A DNA stretch of 17,516 bases from Candidatus Fraserbacteria bacterium. GTDB taxonomy: Bacteria; Bipolaricaulota; Bipolaricaulia; RBG-16-55-9; JANLFV01. The position numbers and the translations under genes are program-made. This document shows positions 7,316 to 15,892 of the stretch, piece by piece (positions within the stretch are counted from its first letter, which is position 1; each line of letters begins with the position of its first letter). Location: positions 1 through 17,516 of the forward strand of contig JBBIJD010000037.1 in NCBI GenBank assembly GCA_037446135.1, read 5' to 3'. The notes below the pieces were generated by a model. It was not told the DNA's origin. It ran no database searches and saw nothing but the letters and a program-made list of their open reading frames with translations.

Positions 7316-10084
7316 ATGGCTTCAAAGGAGCGGGAAAGATATGCCGCCAGCCTCCTCGACCTATTGGCCCTGGCCCGGCGGGCAAATGAGGGGCTGAGGC
7401 TCCTCCGGCTCGAGGTGGAGGATCTCTTCTGCTATCGCCGCGGGGAGATCGAACTTGGGGAGGGGATCATCGTGATCGCTGGGCCGAACGGCTCGGGGAA
7501 GTCTTCGCTCCTGGAGGCGATCTTCTTCGCCCTCTATGGGAGCCGGGCCTGTCCGGCGATGGGCCGCTCACTGAGCGAGATCCTCCGTGAGGGGGCAAAA
7601 GAGGGGCGGGTCCGGCTTACCTTCCACTGCGGTGGCTGGAAGTTTACCAGCGAGATGGGGCTGAAGAGATGGGGCGAGCGGGTCACAAGTGAGCGAGAGA
7701 GCTGCCGCCTCCGCCGTGAGGATGGACTAGAATGGCTCGGGGTCGAGGAGGTCAGCACTCAGATCCAAGGGCTCCTTCATATGGACCGAGACGACTTCAC
7801 TAATGCCGTCTATGTCCGGCAAGGGGAGATCGATCGGCTGATCCGGGCCGGGGAGGAGGAGCGGCGAGGGATGCTCGACCGGCTCCTCCGCCTTGAGCGG
7901 CTCGACAGTTATGCCACTCGGGCGAAAGAGGGGGCTGCCCGGGCGGTCAACCGCCGGCTGGCGAACCTCGAGGGTGAGCTCGCCGGGTTGAGGCGGGAGC
8001 TTTCAGCCTTGGAGGCCGAGGAGTTGCCCCGGGCCTGGGCTGCCCTCGAGAGGGAGATCGAGCGGAAAGGGAGAGAGCTAGTGGGACTAGACAGCGAACT
8101 AGCTCGCCTGGAGCGAGGAAGGGCTCACCTCCAAGAGCGGCTCCGCCGGCTTGCTGTGACGGAAAAGGAGCTCAAGGAGATCGAACTCGAGCAGGAAGAG
8201 AAGCAGAGGCGAGCCAAGGCCCAGGAAGGGGAATTAGACCGGCTCCGACTCCTCCTCGAGGGCCTAGAGGCCCAAGAGGAGGAGCAACGAGCCAGGCTCG
8301 AAGAGATGTCAGACCAACTCAGGCTCTTCGACCTCCTCGGCCCACTCGGCCGGGGGGAGAGCCCGGAACTCCTCGAGCAGGCGATAGCCGAAGGCCGGGG
8401 CAGATTGGAAGAGCTCCGAGCGGAGCTCCAAGACCGCCGCGAGAGGCTGGCCCGGGTAGAGGCCGAGCTCGGCCATCTCCAGAAGCGAGTGGAGAACCTC
8501 GACTCTCAGGCTTATGAGCTGCGGAGCGAGTCGGCCGCCCTGCAAGAGAACGAGCAGGTAGGGGAGCAAGAGCTGGAGAGGCTCGCCGGTTCCCTCGCGG
8601 AGGTGGAGGCCAAGGCCGCGACACAAGCGGCCCAGCTCGGGGTCCCTACCCTCGTCGAGGCCGAGGCCATTCGAGCTGCCCAGGAGGCCCGCGTAGTCCA
8701 GTTAGAGAGGCTCCGCGGGGAGGAGGAGGGGCTGCGAGCCGAGCTGGTCGCGGCCCGGACCAAGCGGGAAGAGCTGGAGCGGCAGTGGAGCGAGAAGGCT
8801 GACCTGATCCAGGCCAGGAAGTGCCCGACCTGCGGCCAGCCGGTGAGCGAGGCGACCTTCGCTGAGGCCCTGGCCGAGCTGAAGGAGGAGGGCCGCCGCC
8901 TGGACGGGCTCATCGCAGAGCTCGAGGCGGAGCTCGAGCGACTGGGGGCCGAGCTTGCGGCCTTGGAGGAGAAGAAGAAGGCTTTAGACCGCCTGGCCCT
9001 CCAGGCCGTCGAGCTCCGGGCCAAGCACGAGCAGCTCGAGGAGAAGCGCCGGGCCCTCCGCAAATTGGTGGAGCAGCGGAAGGGGTTGGAGGAGCGACTC
9101 TGCCGGGCTGAGGCAGAGCTCAAGGACCATGAGGCGGCCCTAGCGGCCAAGGGGGAGGAGCGGAAAGCCCTGAGCGCGGAGTTGGCCGGGCTTTTGGCCC
9201 GCCTCCGGGAGGCGGAGGAGCATCAGACCCACCTGGAGAGATTGGAGCGGCTCGCCGCGGAACTGCTCAAGACGCGCGCCAAGACTGAGGAGGCCGAGGG
9301 GCGGAAGCGGACTCTTCTGGAGAGCCTGAGCGGGCTGCGGGAGGACCTGAACCGGCTCGAGCGGCGGCGCCTCCAGCTCCAGGCTGAGGTGGGCGAGCGG
9401 GCCCAGCTCGAACAAGAAGGAGCCCGCCTGGCGGCGGCCTTTGGGGAATTGGAGAGGAAGCGGGCGAAGCTCCAGCAGGAGTATGCCGCACTCCTCGATC
9501 GGCGGGGAGTAGTCGCGGGGAAGCTCGAGCGGCTCAAGCGGCTAGAAGAAGAGCAGGCACGACTCGCGGCTGAGACCGATGGGCTCCGGAAGCTGAGCGA
9601 GGAGGTGGCCCAGCTGGAGGGGCTCTATCGGCGAGTGAAGGGCGAGCTGCGGAAGAGGAACATCGCCGCGATCAATTACTACTTCAACGAGCTCTTCCGG
9701 CTGATGGATTCCGGAGAGGCCTACAGCCGGGCCCTCATCGGCGAGGGCTACGAGATCGCGATCGAGCTGAAGGATGGAAGGTGGCTCGATCCGGCCCTCA
9801 TGTCCGGTGGTGAGCGGGCCTTGATCAACATCGCCCTGAGGTGCGCGATCCACCGGGTCCTAGCCCAGGCGGTCGGCCCACTCCCCTTGATCCTCGATGA
9901 GCCGACGATCTACCTCGATCGCGAGCGGGTCCAGCGGCTCCAGCTCTTGCTGGAAGAGCTAGGGAGCCAGCTCGGTCAAGTGCTCGTCGTCTCCCATGAG
10001 GAGGGGCTCGTCGAGGGTGCGGACCACGAGTATCGGACGGAGAAGGGGCGGGATAACATCTCGACGGTCCGCAAGGTCAGATAA
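7316..10084 (+). CDS. rad50: Rad50/SbcC SMC-like ATPase with zinc hook
   Basis: Walker A GPNGSGKS, Q-loop YVRQGEI, long coiled coil with near-central CPTCG hook (about 8822-8836), signature MSGGE, Walker B/D-loop ILDEPTIYLD, H-switch VVSH. Exact start uncertain. Confidence 0.94.
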   Translation: MASKERERYAASLLDLLALARRANEGLRLLRLEVEDLFCYRRGEIELGEGIIVIAGPNGSGKSSLLEAIFFALYGSRACPAMGRSLSEILREGAKEGRVRLTFHCGGWKFTSEMGLKRWGERVTSERESCRLRREDGLEWLGVEEVSTQIQGLLHMDRDDFTNAVYVRQGEIDRLIRAGEEERRGMLDRLLRLERLDSYATRAKEGAARAVNRRLANLEGELAGLRRELSALEAEELPRAWAALEREIERKGRELVGLDSELARLERGRAHLQERLRRLAVTEKELKEIELEQEEKQRRAKAQEGELDRLRLLLEGLEAQEEEQRARLEEMSDQLRLFDLLGPLGRGESPELLEQAIAEGRGRLEELRAELQDRRERLARVEAELGHLQKRVENLDSQAYELRSESAALQENEQVGEQELERLAGSLAEVEAKAATQAAQLGVPTLVEAEAIRAAQEARVVQLERLRGEEEGLRAELVAARTKREELERQWSEKADLIQARKCPTCGQPVSEATFAEALAELKEEGRRLDGLIAELEAELERLGAELAALEEKKKALDRLALQAVELRAKHEQLEEKRRALRKLVEQRKGLEERLCRAEAELKDHEAALAAKGEERKALSAELAGLLARLREAEEHQTHLERLERLAAELLKTRAKTEEAEGRKRTLLESLSGLREDLNRLERRRLQLQAEVGERAQLEQEGARLAAAFGELERKRAKLQQEYAALLDRRGVVAGKLERLKRLEEEQARLAAETDGLRKLSEEVAQLEGLYRRVKGELRKRNIAAINYYFNELFRLMDSGEAYSRALIGEGYEIAIELKDGRWLDPALMSGGERALINIALRCAIHRVLAQAVGPLPLILDEPTIYLDRERVQRLQLLLEELGSQLGQVLVVSHEEGLVEGADHEYRTEKGRDNISTVRKVR

Positions 10085-11322
10085 TGCTCTCCGCGGATGT
10101 CAAGCGGAAGCTCCTGGAAGGAGTGAGGGAGTTCAGCCTCACCTTCGATCCCCGGCGCTTTCGGGAGGAGGCCGAACGGGCCTTCTCCAAGCTCGAGCTC
10201 GGCGGGCCACTCCAGGCCCTCACCCCGCTTTCCTACCGGAGCGGCCCGCTCCTCGAGCTCGCGGCCCGACCGGCCCGCTTCCGCCGGGCCTTCGGCCTAG
10301 ATGGGGGCTCGACCCGTCCGATTCACTTCGCGAATGGGTCGACCCTCTGCGCCAACCAAGCGGTCCTGGTGAGCGAGCCCTCAGGCGAGCTGGAAGGGCT
10401 CCCTTTGGATTCCTTCCGGACCGTCGCCTTAGTCTCTCACTCCCTCAGCGCTAGCGGCGGGCCAAAGGCCGAATATCGCGAAGATGGGCTCCTCGGGCTC
10501 TGGAGGATCCACATCACCCGAGACTACCTCTGGGGGAACGAGATCGACCATGTCCTCAAGGGGCTGGCCGATAGCGCCAGCGAGGCCCGCCATGCCCTGA
10601 GGATGGCCGAGCCGCTGGTCCTGGACCGGGAGGACCTCCTCCTCTTGGACGGGAATGTCTTCCCGATCGGCCTCTACTACTTGCTAAAAGAGAAGTCGGG
10701 GGGAGTGGATCTCTTCGCCTTCCCCGGCGCGCTCGAGGCCCTGGCAGGCCACCTCCGGCTGGCCGAGCTCCTGGCCCAAAGAGGCACCGCCTATGTCGGG
10801 ATCAATAAGACCCCTCAGACAGCCTACCTCCTCGAGGCCCTCCCTGAGAGGGGCCCCTGGGCCGACGATCGCCAACTGATCCGGGCCCTCTTCCAGAGCC
10901 TCCCCAAGGACGAGCTCGGTTGGACCAACTGGTTCATCCAGGAGAGATACCGGACTCCCGCCCGACCCGGCTTAAAAGCTGAAGGGAGCGATATCTTCCG
11001 CGAGCTTAGGGAGTTCGAGCCCCAGCTCCCTCCAGAGAAGTATCATGTGGCCTACTTCTTCGTTTACGACCCCCGGACGGCCGCGGGGCAAGGGGGCGTC
11101 CTCAAGGTCGAGGCGCCCCGGCTGGTCTTCGACCGCCATGATCCGGAGGGGCTCCAGCTCGCGGTCCTGAGTGAGATCGCCCGTGGCGAAGGGGTCCCAC
11201 CTCTCCTCCGGCGGGCCGATAGCCGGGCGAGGATCACCCAAGAGGAGCGAGAGGCACTGATCAAGAGCAGCGGGCTCCCCCCGGACTTAGGGTATAATCA
11301 AGGCCGCGGGGAGCCCTGGTGA
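10084..11322 (+). CDS. nurA: NurA 5'-3' nuclease (RNase H-like fold)
   Basis: Catalytic-type motifs FGLDGGS and LLLDGN, YVGINKT, LKVEAP, C-terminal GVPPLLRRADSRARIT. TAATG overlap with the rad50 stop; lies upstream of herA. Confidence 0.85.
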   Translation: MLSADVKRKLLEGVREFSLTFDPRRFREEAERAFSKLELGGPLQALTPLSYRSGPLLELAARPARFRRAFGLDGGSTRPIHFANGSTLCANQAVLVSEPSGELEGLPLDSFRTVALVSHSLSASGGPKAEYREDGLLGLWRIHITRDYLWGNEIDHVLKGLADSASEARHALRMAEPLVLDREDLLLLDGNVFPIGLYYLLKEKSGGVDLFAFPGALEALAGHLRLAELLAQRGTAYVGINKTPQTAYLLEALPERGPWADDRQLIRALFQSLPKDELGWTNWFIQERYRTPARPGLKAEGSDIFRELREFEPQLPPEKYHVAYFFVYDPRTAAGQGGVLKVEAPRLVFDRHDPEGLQLAVLSEIARGEGVPPLLRRADSRARITQEEREALIKSSGLPPDLGYNQGRGEPW

Positions 11323-11333
11323 AGTGAGGCGAG

Positions 11334-13031
11334 ATGAGCGAGTTCGAGCTGGAGCGGGAACTGGGCCTAGAGTTCACAAGGCCGGCCAAGCTCGAGCTCG
11401 GTGAGGACGAGCTCGGGCGGATCGCGATCTCTAGCGAGCTCTCGCTCAGTCTGACCGAGGCCAAGATCGAGATGTATGTCCCCGAGAGCCGGCGGGACCG
11501 TGTGGCCGTCGGGGAGTATGTGGTCATCCCCTGCGACTACGCTGAGGGGAAGATCTTCGCAAGGATCAAGCGCCTCTCCTACAGGAAGCGGGACGCGCTC
11601 GACGACATGAGCGAGGTCCACCTCCTGGTCGGGGCGGAGCGGGTCGGAGAAGAAGAGTATATCGAGCTGGCCGAGCTCGAGCCCCTCTCGATGATCGTCC
11701 ACGGGAAGGCCCTCGAGGTCCGCCACATCCCCAAGCCGAACACGCTCGTCCGCCGGGTGGCGAGTGAGGATGAGGTCAAAGTCGGATTGGATTTGCCGGA
11801 GGACGGGCTCTTCCTCGGCTATGTCGCGGTCAATGGCGAGCCGATCCGGCTCTCCAGCGGCCTACCGATCCCCTACTACCTCCGGAATGACCCGGAGAGG
11901 ATCGGCGACCCCTTGATCTTTACCCACACCCTGATCGCGGGGATGAGCGGCCGGGGGAAGACCCATGTGGCCAAGAACTTCCTGAGGCAAGTAGTCGGCT
12001 CCCGCTATAAGATGGAGCGGCGGGGCGGGGAAGAGAGGGGAGTGAACCTCATTGTCCTCGACCCGCACAACGAATACTGGCAGATGATGGAGGATAACCC
12101 CGTCTTGAAGACCATCCCCACTGCTGAGCTCGATACCCTCCGCGGCCAGGGGGTGAAGTTCGGGGGGATAAAGGGGCTAAAGGTCTTCGCAGCCAAGGAG
12201 GCGGGGCGGAGCTACCGAGGCGCCCCAGGCTATTTGGAATTCACCATCCCCTTCGGGCTCGTCCGCTACTTCCCCTACCTGATCGCCGGCGGGGAGGTGA
12301 ATGAGGAGCAGTTCGGGGCGCTCACGCTCCTAGTGCGAGACTTCTTCGCCTCCGGCGGGGAAAGATATCTGGAGTTCAAGGAGTTCCTCGAGGGGGCCGA
12401 GGAGCACTACAAGGCCGGCTTGATCCACAGTGAGACCCTCAAGGCCCTGAAGCGCCGGGTCCTCCGCCCCTATTTCGAGAAGGTCTTCGATCAAGGGGCG
12501 AACCCGCTCGACGCCCTCTACGAGGAGGTCTTCACCGAAGGGGCGGTGAGCGTCTTCCCCACGGAGCACCTCAGCCAGGAGGCCGAGCGGGTCGTGGTCC
12601 TCACGATCATGTCCATGGTCGCCGACGCCAAGACCGAGGCGGTCGAGTCCGATTGGGGGAGGAGGATCGCCAAGTTCCCCGTGGTCCTCGTGGTCGATGA
12701 GGCTCATAATTACCTGACGAACGCCCAGACCCAGCAGGACAAGATCATCGTGGAGAAGTTCGTGGCCGCGGCGAAGCAGGGGCGGAAGAACCGGCTCGGG
12801 CTGGTCTTGATCACCCAGAACCCTCAAGATGTGAACGAGGCCGTCCTCTCTCAGGTGAGCACACGGATCCTCTTGGGGATGGAGGAGGGGCTGGCCGAGC
12901 GGGCCGGTGCCCCTAAGGAGTATCAAAAAGCCTTGCCTTACTTCGAGCGGGGGAGGATGGTCGTCCACTCCCCGGAGAACAGCCACCCCTTGGAGATTCG
13001 GGGCTTGGAGTTCTGCCTCGTCCGCCATTAG
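11334..13031 (+). CDS. herA: HerA bidirectional helicase/translocase (FtsK-HerA ATPase with N-terminal HAS-barrel)
   Basis: VAVGEYVVI...IFARI barrel, HTLIAGMSGRGKT Walker A, VLDPHNEY, VVDEAH Walker B, KQGRK arginine finger, ITQNP. Confidence 0.9.
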   Translation: MSEFELERELGLEFTRPAKLELGEDELGRIAISSELSLSLTEAKIEMYVPESRRDRVAVGEYVVIPCDYAEGKIFARIKRLSYRKRDALDDMSEVHLLVGAERVGEEEYIELAELEPLSMIVHGKALEVRHIPKPNTLVRRVASEDEVKVGLDLPEDGLFLGYVAVNGEPIRLSSGLPIPYYLRNDPERIGDPLIFTHTLIAGMSGRGKTHVAKNFLRQVVGSRYKMERRGGEERGVNLIVLDPHNEYWQMMEDNPVLKTIPTAELDTLRGQGVKFGGIKGLKVFAAKEAGRSYRGAPGYLEFTIPFGLVRYFPYLIAGGEVNEEQFGALTLLVRDFFASGGERYLEFKEFLEGAEEHYKAGLIHSETLKALKRRVLRPYFEKVFDQGANPLDALYEEVFTEGAVSVFPTEHLSQEAERVVVLTIMSMVADAKTEAVESDWGRRIAKFPVVLVVDEAHNYLTNAQTQQDKIIVEKFVAAAKQGRKNRLGLVLITQNPQDVNEAVLSQVSTRILLGMEEGLAERAGAPKEYQKALPYFERGRMVVHSPENSHPLEIRGLEFCLVRH

Positions 13032-13039
13032 GCTAGGGC

Positions 13040-13068
13040 TTGTCTCCCCGAGCGATCTATGCTATAGT
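13040..13068 (+). promoter_or_regulatory. Sigma70-type promoter of the S55 peptidase gene
   Basis: TTGTCT-17 bp-TATAGT with extended TG; SD AAAGGAGG at 13144-13151. Confidence 0.68.
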
Positions 13069-13161
13069 TAAATCTACCCGGACCGGAGCAGGAAAGCGAG
13101 GTGAGAGCCAGGAGGGAGTGAACGGCGATCTAGACCTAATCTTAAAGGAGGTTAAGATAAG

Positions 13162-15075
13162 ATGGGGAACAAGAGATTCCTCTTCCGGCTAGGACTGGCT
13201 GCCTTGATCTTAGCAGTTATCGCTACTGCCCTCACCGCCGGTGGGCGGGAGCGGGGGCAATTCATGTTCGTCGACGAGCTCGCGCCGGGGATGGTCGGCT
13301 ATTGCAAGACGGCCATCGATAAGAACCAGATCGTATCCTTTAATTTCACGATCGTCGATATCCTGAGGACGGCCTATGTCGGGCTGGACCCGCGAGCACA
13401 GGAGTATAAGGCCACGATCCTGGCCCGCGGGGAAGAGGGCTTCTGGACGGCCGCTGGGATGAGCGGAAGCCCATGCTACATCAACGATAAGCTCATTGGC
13501 GCCCTCTTCGCCAGCTATACCTGGGATACGCCGCTCACCGAGCCGGGGAAGCCCTTCCTGATCCAGCCGATCGAGGCGATGCTCCCGGTCCTCGATGCCT
13601 GCCTCAGCAGAGCGAGTGCCCCCGCCGCTCCCAGCTCCGTAGGCTACCTCCCTTCGCCCGGCCGCACCTTGACCGCTGTTAGTATGACCGGAGCTACAAA
13701 CATTGACCGGATCAAGGTCGTGGCTCAGCCGCCCTCTCTCGAGGAGATCGAGGCCCAGCCACGGACGCTCTTCGTCCATTATCTTACAACACCATTCACC
13801 GTGACAGGCTTCTCCGGGAGGGCCTTCAATTGGCTGAAGAGCGGGATGGAGGCCGAGGTCGAGGGGAGCGCCCTCCGCTATCTCCGCGGCGAACGAACCT
13901 TCAAGAGCTTCGTCACCTCACTCAAGCAGGGGCTGGAGGAGCGCTACGATGTCGAGCTCTACAACCTCGGTGCCGGCGGCCAGCTCCAGGGGGTCGACCC
14001 CGGGCCGCTCGTCCCAGGTGCGCCGGTGGGGAGCGCGATCATGGTCGGGGACTTCACCTACGGTGGCTACGGCACGGTGACCTATGTCGAGGACCAATGC
14101 CTCATCGCCTACGGCCACCCCGATCTCCTCCTGGGGGCAACGGACCTCTTCATGACCTCAGTCTACATCACTGATCTTATCCGGAGTATTCAACGCCCCT
14201 TCAAGGAGGGCTACATTGTAGAGGAGGTCGGGAGCGTCCTCGAGGACCGGCTCCCGGCGATCGCCGGGGCGATCGGAAGACCGACCAAGGCGATCCAGTT
14301 CAACATCAAGGTGACTGATAAGGATTCGGGGATAACGAACCAGTTCACTTCCAGATCTGTCGCCTTCCCTGATTGGTATCCTGATAACCTCCTCTGGGCC
14401 GGCCTGGAGGCCGTAGACCGGACCTTGAACCGTGTCGGGCCGGGGACCATGAACATGCATCTCACCGTCAAGGGCGCGGGCGGGCGGAAGCTGCTCGAGC
14501 GGCACGATATCTATGTGAGTAACTACGACATCTCCGGGGCCGGGACCTTCGATCCGGCCTGGATCTCCTATCTTTTGGCCTGGAACGAGTTCTCCGATCC
14601 CCAGATCAGCGCGATCGATCTGGAGATGACCGTGGAGAAGAACCTCCGAGTCAAGGTGGTCGAGTCGATCGAGCCGGATGCCCAATCCGTCAGCCGCGGT
14701 GGGACCCTCCGCTATACTCTGACCCTCCAGCCTTATCGTGGAGCCCAAGAGAAGGTCAGCGGCTCGCTGAAGATCCCGAGCTGGGCTGAAAAGGACGATC
14801 TCATATATCTCGAGGCCTTCCCGGCCAACTGGGCCTTCTGGAAGTTCGAGCCCCTCCGGTATGGGGCCGGGCCCTGGGCTCGCCCCTCTTATGCCGATAC
14901 GATCTTCGACCTAGCTATGCTAGCCGATGCCATCCAGGATGCCCCGACTAATGATAAGATCATAATCGTCGCCTGGTCCGCTAGCGGCGGGGCCTATGCC
15001 TATGAGATCAAATCGGTCGGGGACTTCTTCGTCGACGGAGATCGCGAGTCGGAGGGCGTCGTCCAGGTCAAGTAG
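13162..15075 (+). CDS. Exported SpoIVB/peptidase S55-domain protein
   Basis: Signal peptide; ELAPGMVGYCKT; AAGMSGSPCYINDKLIGAL (S55 catalytic-Ser motif); later GTVTYV...IAYGHP segment typical of the long non-sporulation S55 proteins. Confidence 0.8.
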   Translation: MGNKRFLFRLGLAALILAVIATALTAGGRERGQFMFVDELAPGMVGYCKTAIDKNQIVSFNFTIVDILRTAYVGLDPRAQEYKATILARGEEGFWTAAGMSGSPCYINDKLIGALFASYTWDTPLTEPGKPFLIQPIEAMLPVLDACLSRASAPAAPSSVGYLPSPGRTLTAVSMTGATNIDRIKVVAQPPSLEEIEAQPRTLFVHYLTTPFTVTGFSGRAFNWLKSGMEAEVEGSALRYLRGERTFKSFVTSLKQGLEERYDVELYNLGAGGQLQGVDPGPLVPGAPVGSAIMVGDFTYGGYGTVTYVEDQCLIAYGHPDLLLGATDLFMTSVYITDLIRSIQRPFKEGYIVEEVGSVLEDRLPAIAGAIGRPTKAIQFNIKVTDKDSGITNQFTSRSVAFPDWYPDNLLWAGLEAVDRTLNRVGPGTMNMHLTVKGAGGRKLLERHDIYVSNYDISGAGTFDPAWISYLLAWNEFSDPQISAIDLEMTVEKNLRVKVVESIEPDAQSVSRGGTLRYTLTLQPYRGAQEKVSGSLKIPSWAEKDDLIYLEAFPANWAFWKFEPLRYGAGPWARPSYADTIFDLAMLADAIQDAPTNDKIIIVAWSASGGAYAYEIKSVGDFFVDGDRESEGVVQVK

Positions 15076-15099
15076 CAAGTCAAGTTAAGAGGGCACATA

Positions 15100-15143
15100 A
15101 AGAGGGAGAGGCCGACGGCCTTGGGCTGTCGGCCTCTCCCTCT
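15100..15143. terminator. Long hairpin between the convergent S55 gene and ssrA (probable terminator, possibly bidirectional)
   Basis: AGAGGGAGAGGCCGACGGCC-TTG-GGCTGTCGGCCTCTCCCTCT, a 20-bp stem starting right after the tmRNA CCA on the minus strand and ending in TTTATGT. Confidence 0.8.
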
Positions 15144-15500
15144 TGGTGGAGGTGCGGGGAATCGAACCCCGGTCCGAAAATGCTTCCGCCCGACCTCTAC
15201 AAGCTTAGTCTCATGTTTTTATCTGGGACTAGCGCCTCCCATGAGACAGGATGCACTAGTCCGAGCCCTAGATTTCGTCCCACTCCCCTCTCGGGCTGAG
15301 GGGAATGGCGAGCCTGCTCTATCGACGCCCTACGAGCCTCACAGGCGAAGGCCCGTAGAGCGGTCCCCTCATTTAGTTATAAGAGGGGACGGCGAATGCC
15401 AAGTTGTCGGCATTTATTGGTAGTCCCGTCGTTTTAAGGAGACAACGGAAACTCCGCTTGCCGCCGGACTTCCGCATTCCCGTCGAGACCATTCACCCCC
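15144..15500 (-). ncRNA. ssrA: tmRNA (one-piece, 357 nt)
   Basis: 5' GGGGGTGAATGGTCTCGACGGG; 3' GACCGGGGTTCGATTCCCCGCACCTCCACCA; acceptor stem with G3-U; PK1-like region then ATAAAT-GCC resume codon; tag ORF with its stop in a hairpin loop. Confidence 0.96.
15373..15411 (-). CDS. tmRNA tag peptide (A)ADNLAFAVPSYN*
   Basis: CCAATAAAT GCC GAC AAC TTG GCA TTC GCC GTC CCC TCT TAT AAC TAA; the TAA lies in the loop of the GTCCCCTC/GAGGGGAC stem. Confidence 0.85.
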   Translation of the reverse strand, partial: ADNLAFAVPSYN

Positions 15501-15520
15501 TTGTCAAAGAGCTCAGTTTG

Positions 15521-15548
15521 ATTATACACAGCGCGGCCGAAAATGCAA
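15521..15548 (-). promoter_or_regulatory. ssrA promoter
   Basis: TTGCAT-16 bp-TATAAT, 20 nt upstream of the mature 5' end; the -10 overlaps the vanZ-like stop codon. Confidence 0.65.
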
Positions 15549-15887
15549 CCCCCGAGCCGCCCGCCCGAGGAGGAGGCCGCTCGCGACTCCCAGGGAATCA
15601 ACTAGCCAATCGAGGAGCGAGGCGGTGCGCATGGGGACGAAGAGTTGGTGGAGCTCGTCTGAGCCGGCATAGCCTAGGGAGAGGAGGATAGCCCAGGTCC
15701 AGCCGCTCCTGCTCTGTGGGAGGAGGGCTTGCCAGGCGAGGAGCCCGAAGAGGAGATACTCGAGGAGATGCCAGAGCTTATCCCATTGGGGAAAGAGCGG
15801 GAGCCCCTCGGGGAGGGGGCGGCTGGAGAGCCAGAAGATGAGCGCGGCGTAGAGGACTAAAGCGGCCTTCCAGAAGAGGCGTCCCAC
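15522..15887 (-). CDS. VanZ-like family membrane protein (about 121 aa)
   Basis: IFWLSS.P, WDKLWHLLEYLLFGLL, YAGSDELHQLFVPMRTASLLDWLVDSLG. Start moved to GTG 15887 because the upstream 44 codons overlap a better sORF in another frame. Confidence 0.85.
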   Translation of the reverse strand: MGRLFWKAALVLYAALIFWLSSRPLPEGLPLFPQWDKLWHLLEYLLFGLLAWQALLPQSRSGWTWAILLSLGYAGSDELHQLFVPMRTASLLDWLVDSLGVASGLLLGRAARGLHFRPRCV

Positions 15888-15892
15888 CCGGT

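Noticed and set aside
7900..9650. Recurrent GAGCTC/CTCGAG/GAGCGG words resembling a repeat array
   Set aside because: They reflect Glu/Leu/Arg codons of the Rad50 coiled coil, with no fixed repeat-spacer period, so not CRISPR.
10084..13031. HerA plus nuclease as an anti-phage system (Sir2-HerA, DUF4297-HerA, Nezha type)
   Set aside because: The partner is NurA-like, the genes are coupled to mre11-rad50, and the neighbourhood is housekeeping. Repair is the simpler reading, although a defence role cannot be excluded.
6218..15144. Genomic island integrated at the tmRNA 3' end carrying the repair operon and peptidase
   Set aside because: No integrase, I found no duplicated ssrA 3' end (att site) in the window, and the terminator abuts the CCA directly.
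13162..15411. Functional link between the S55 peptidase and the odd tmRNA tag
   Set aside because: The only evidence is adjacency; the genes are convergent and separately promoted, and the peptidase is exported.
15121..15691. ORFs 15121..15423 and 15404..15691
   Set aside because: Antisense to tmRNA and the vanZ-like gene.
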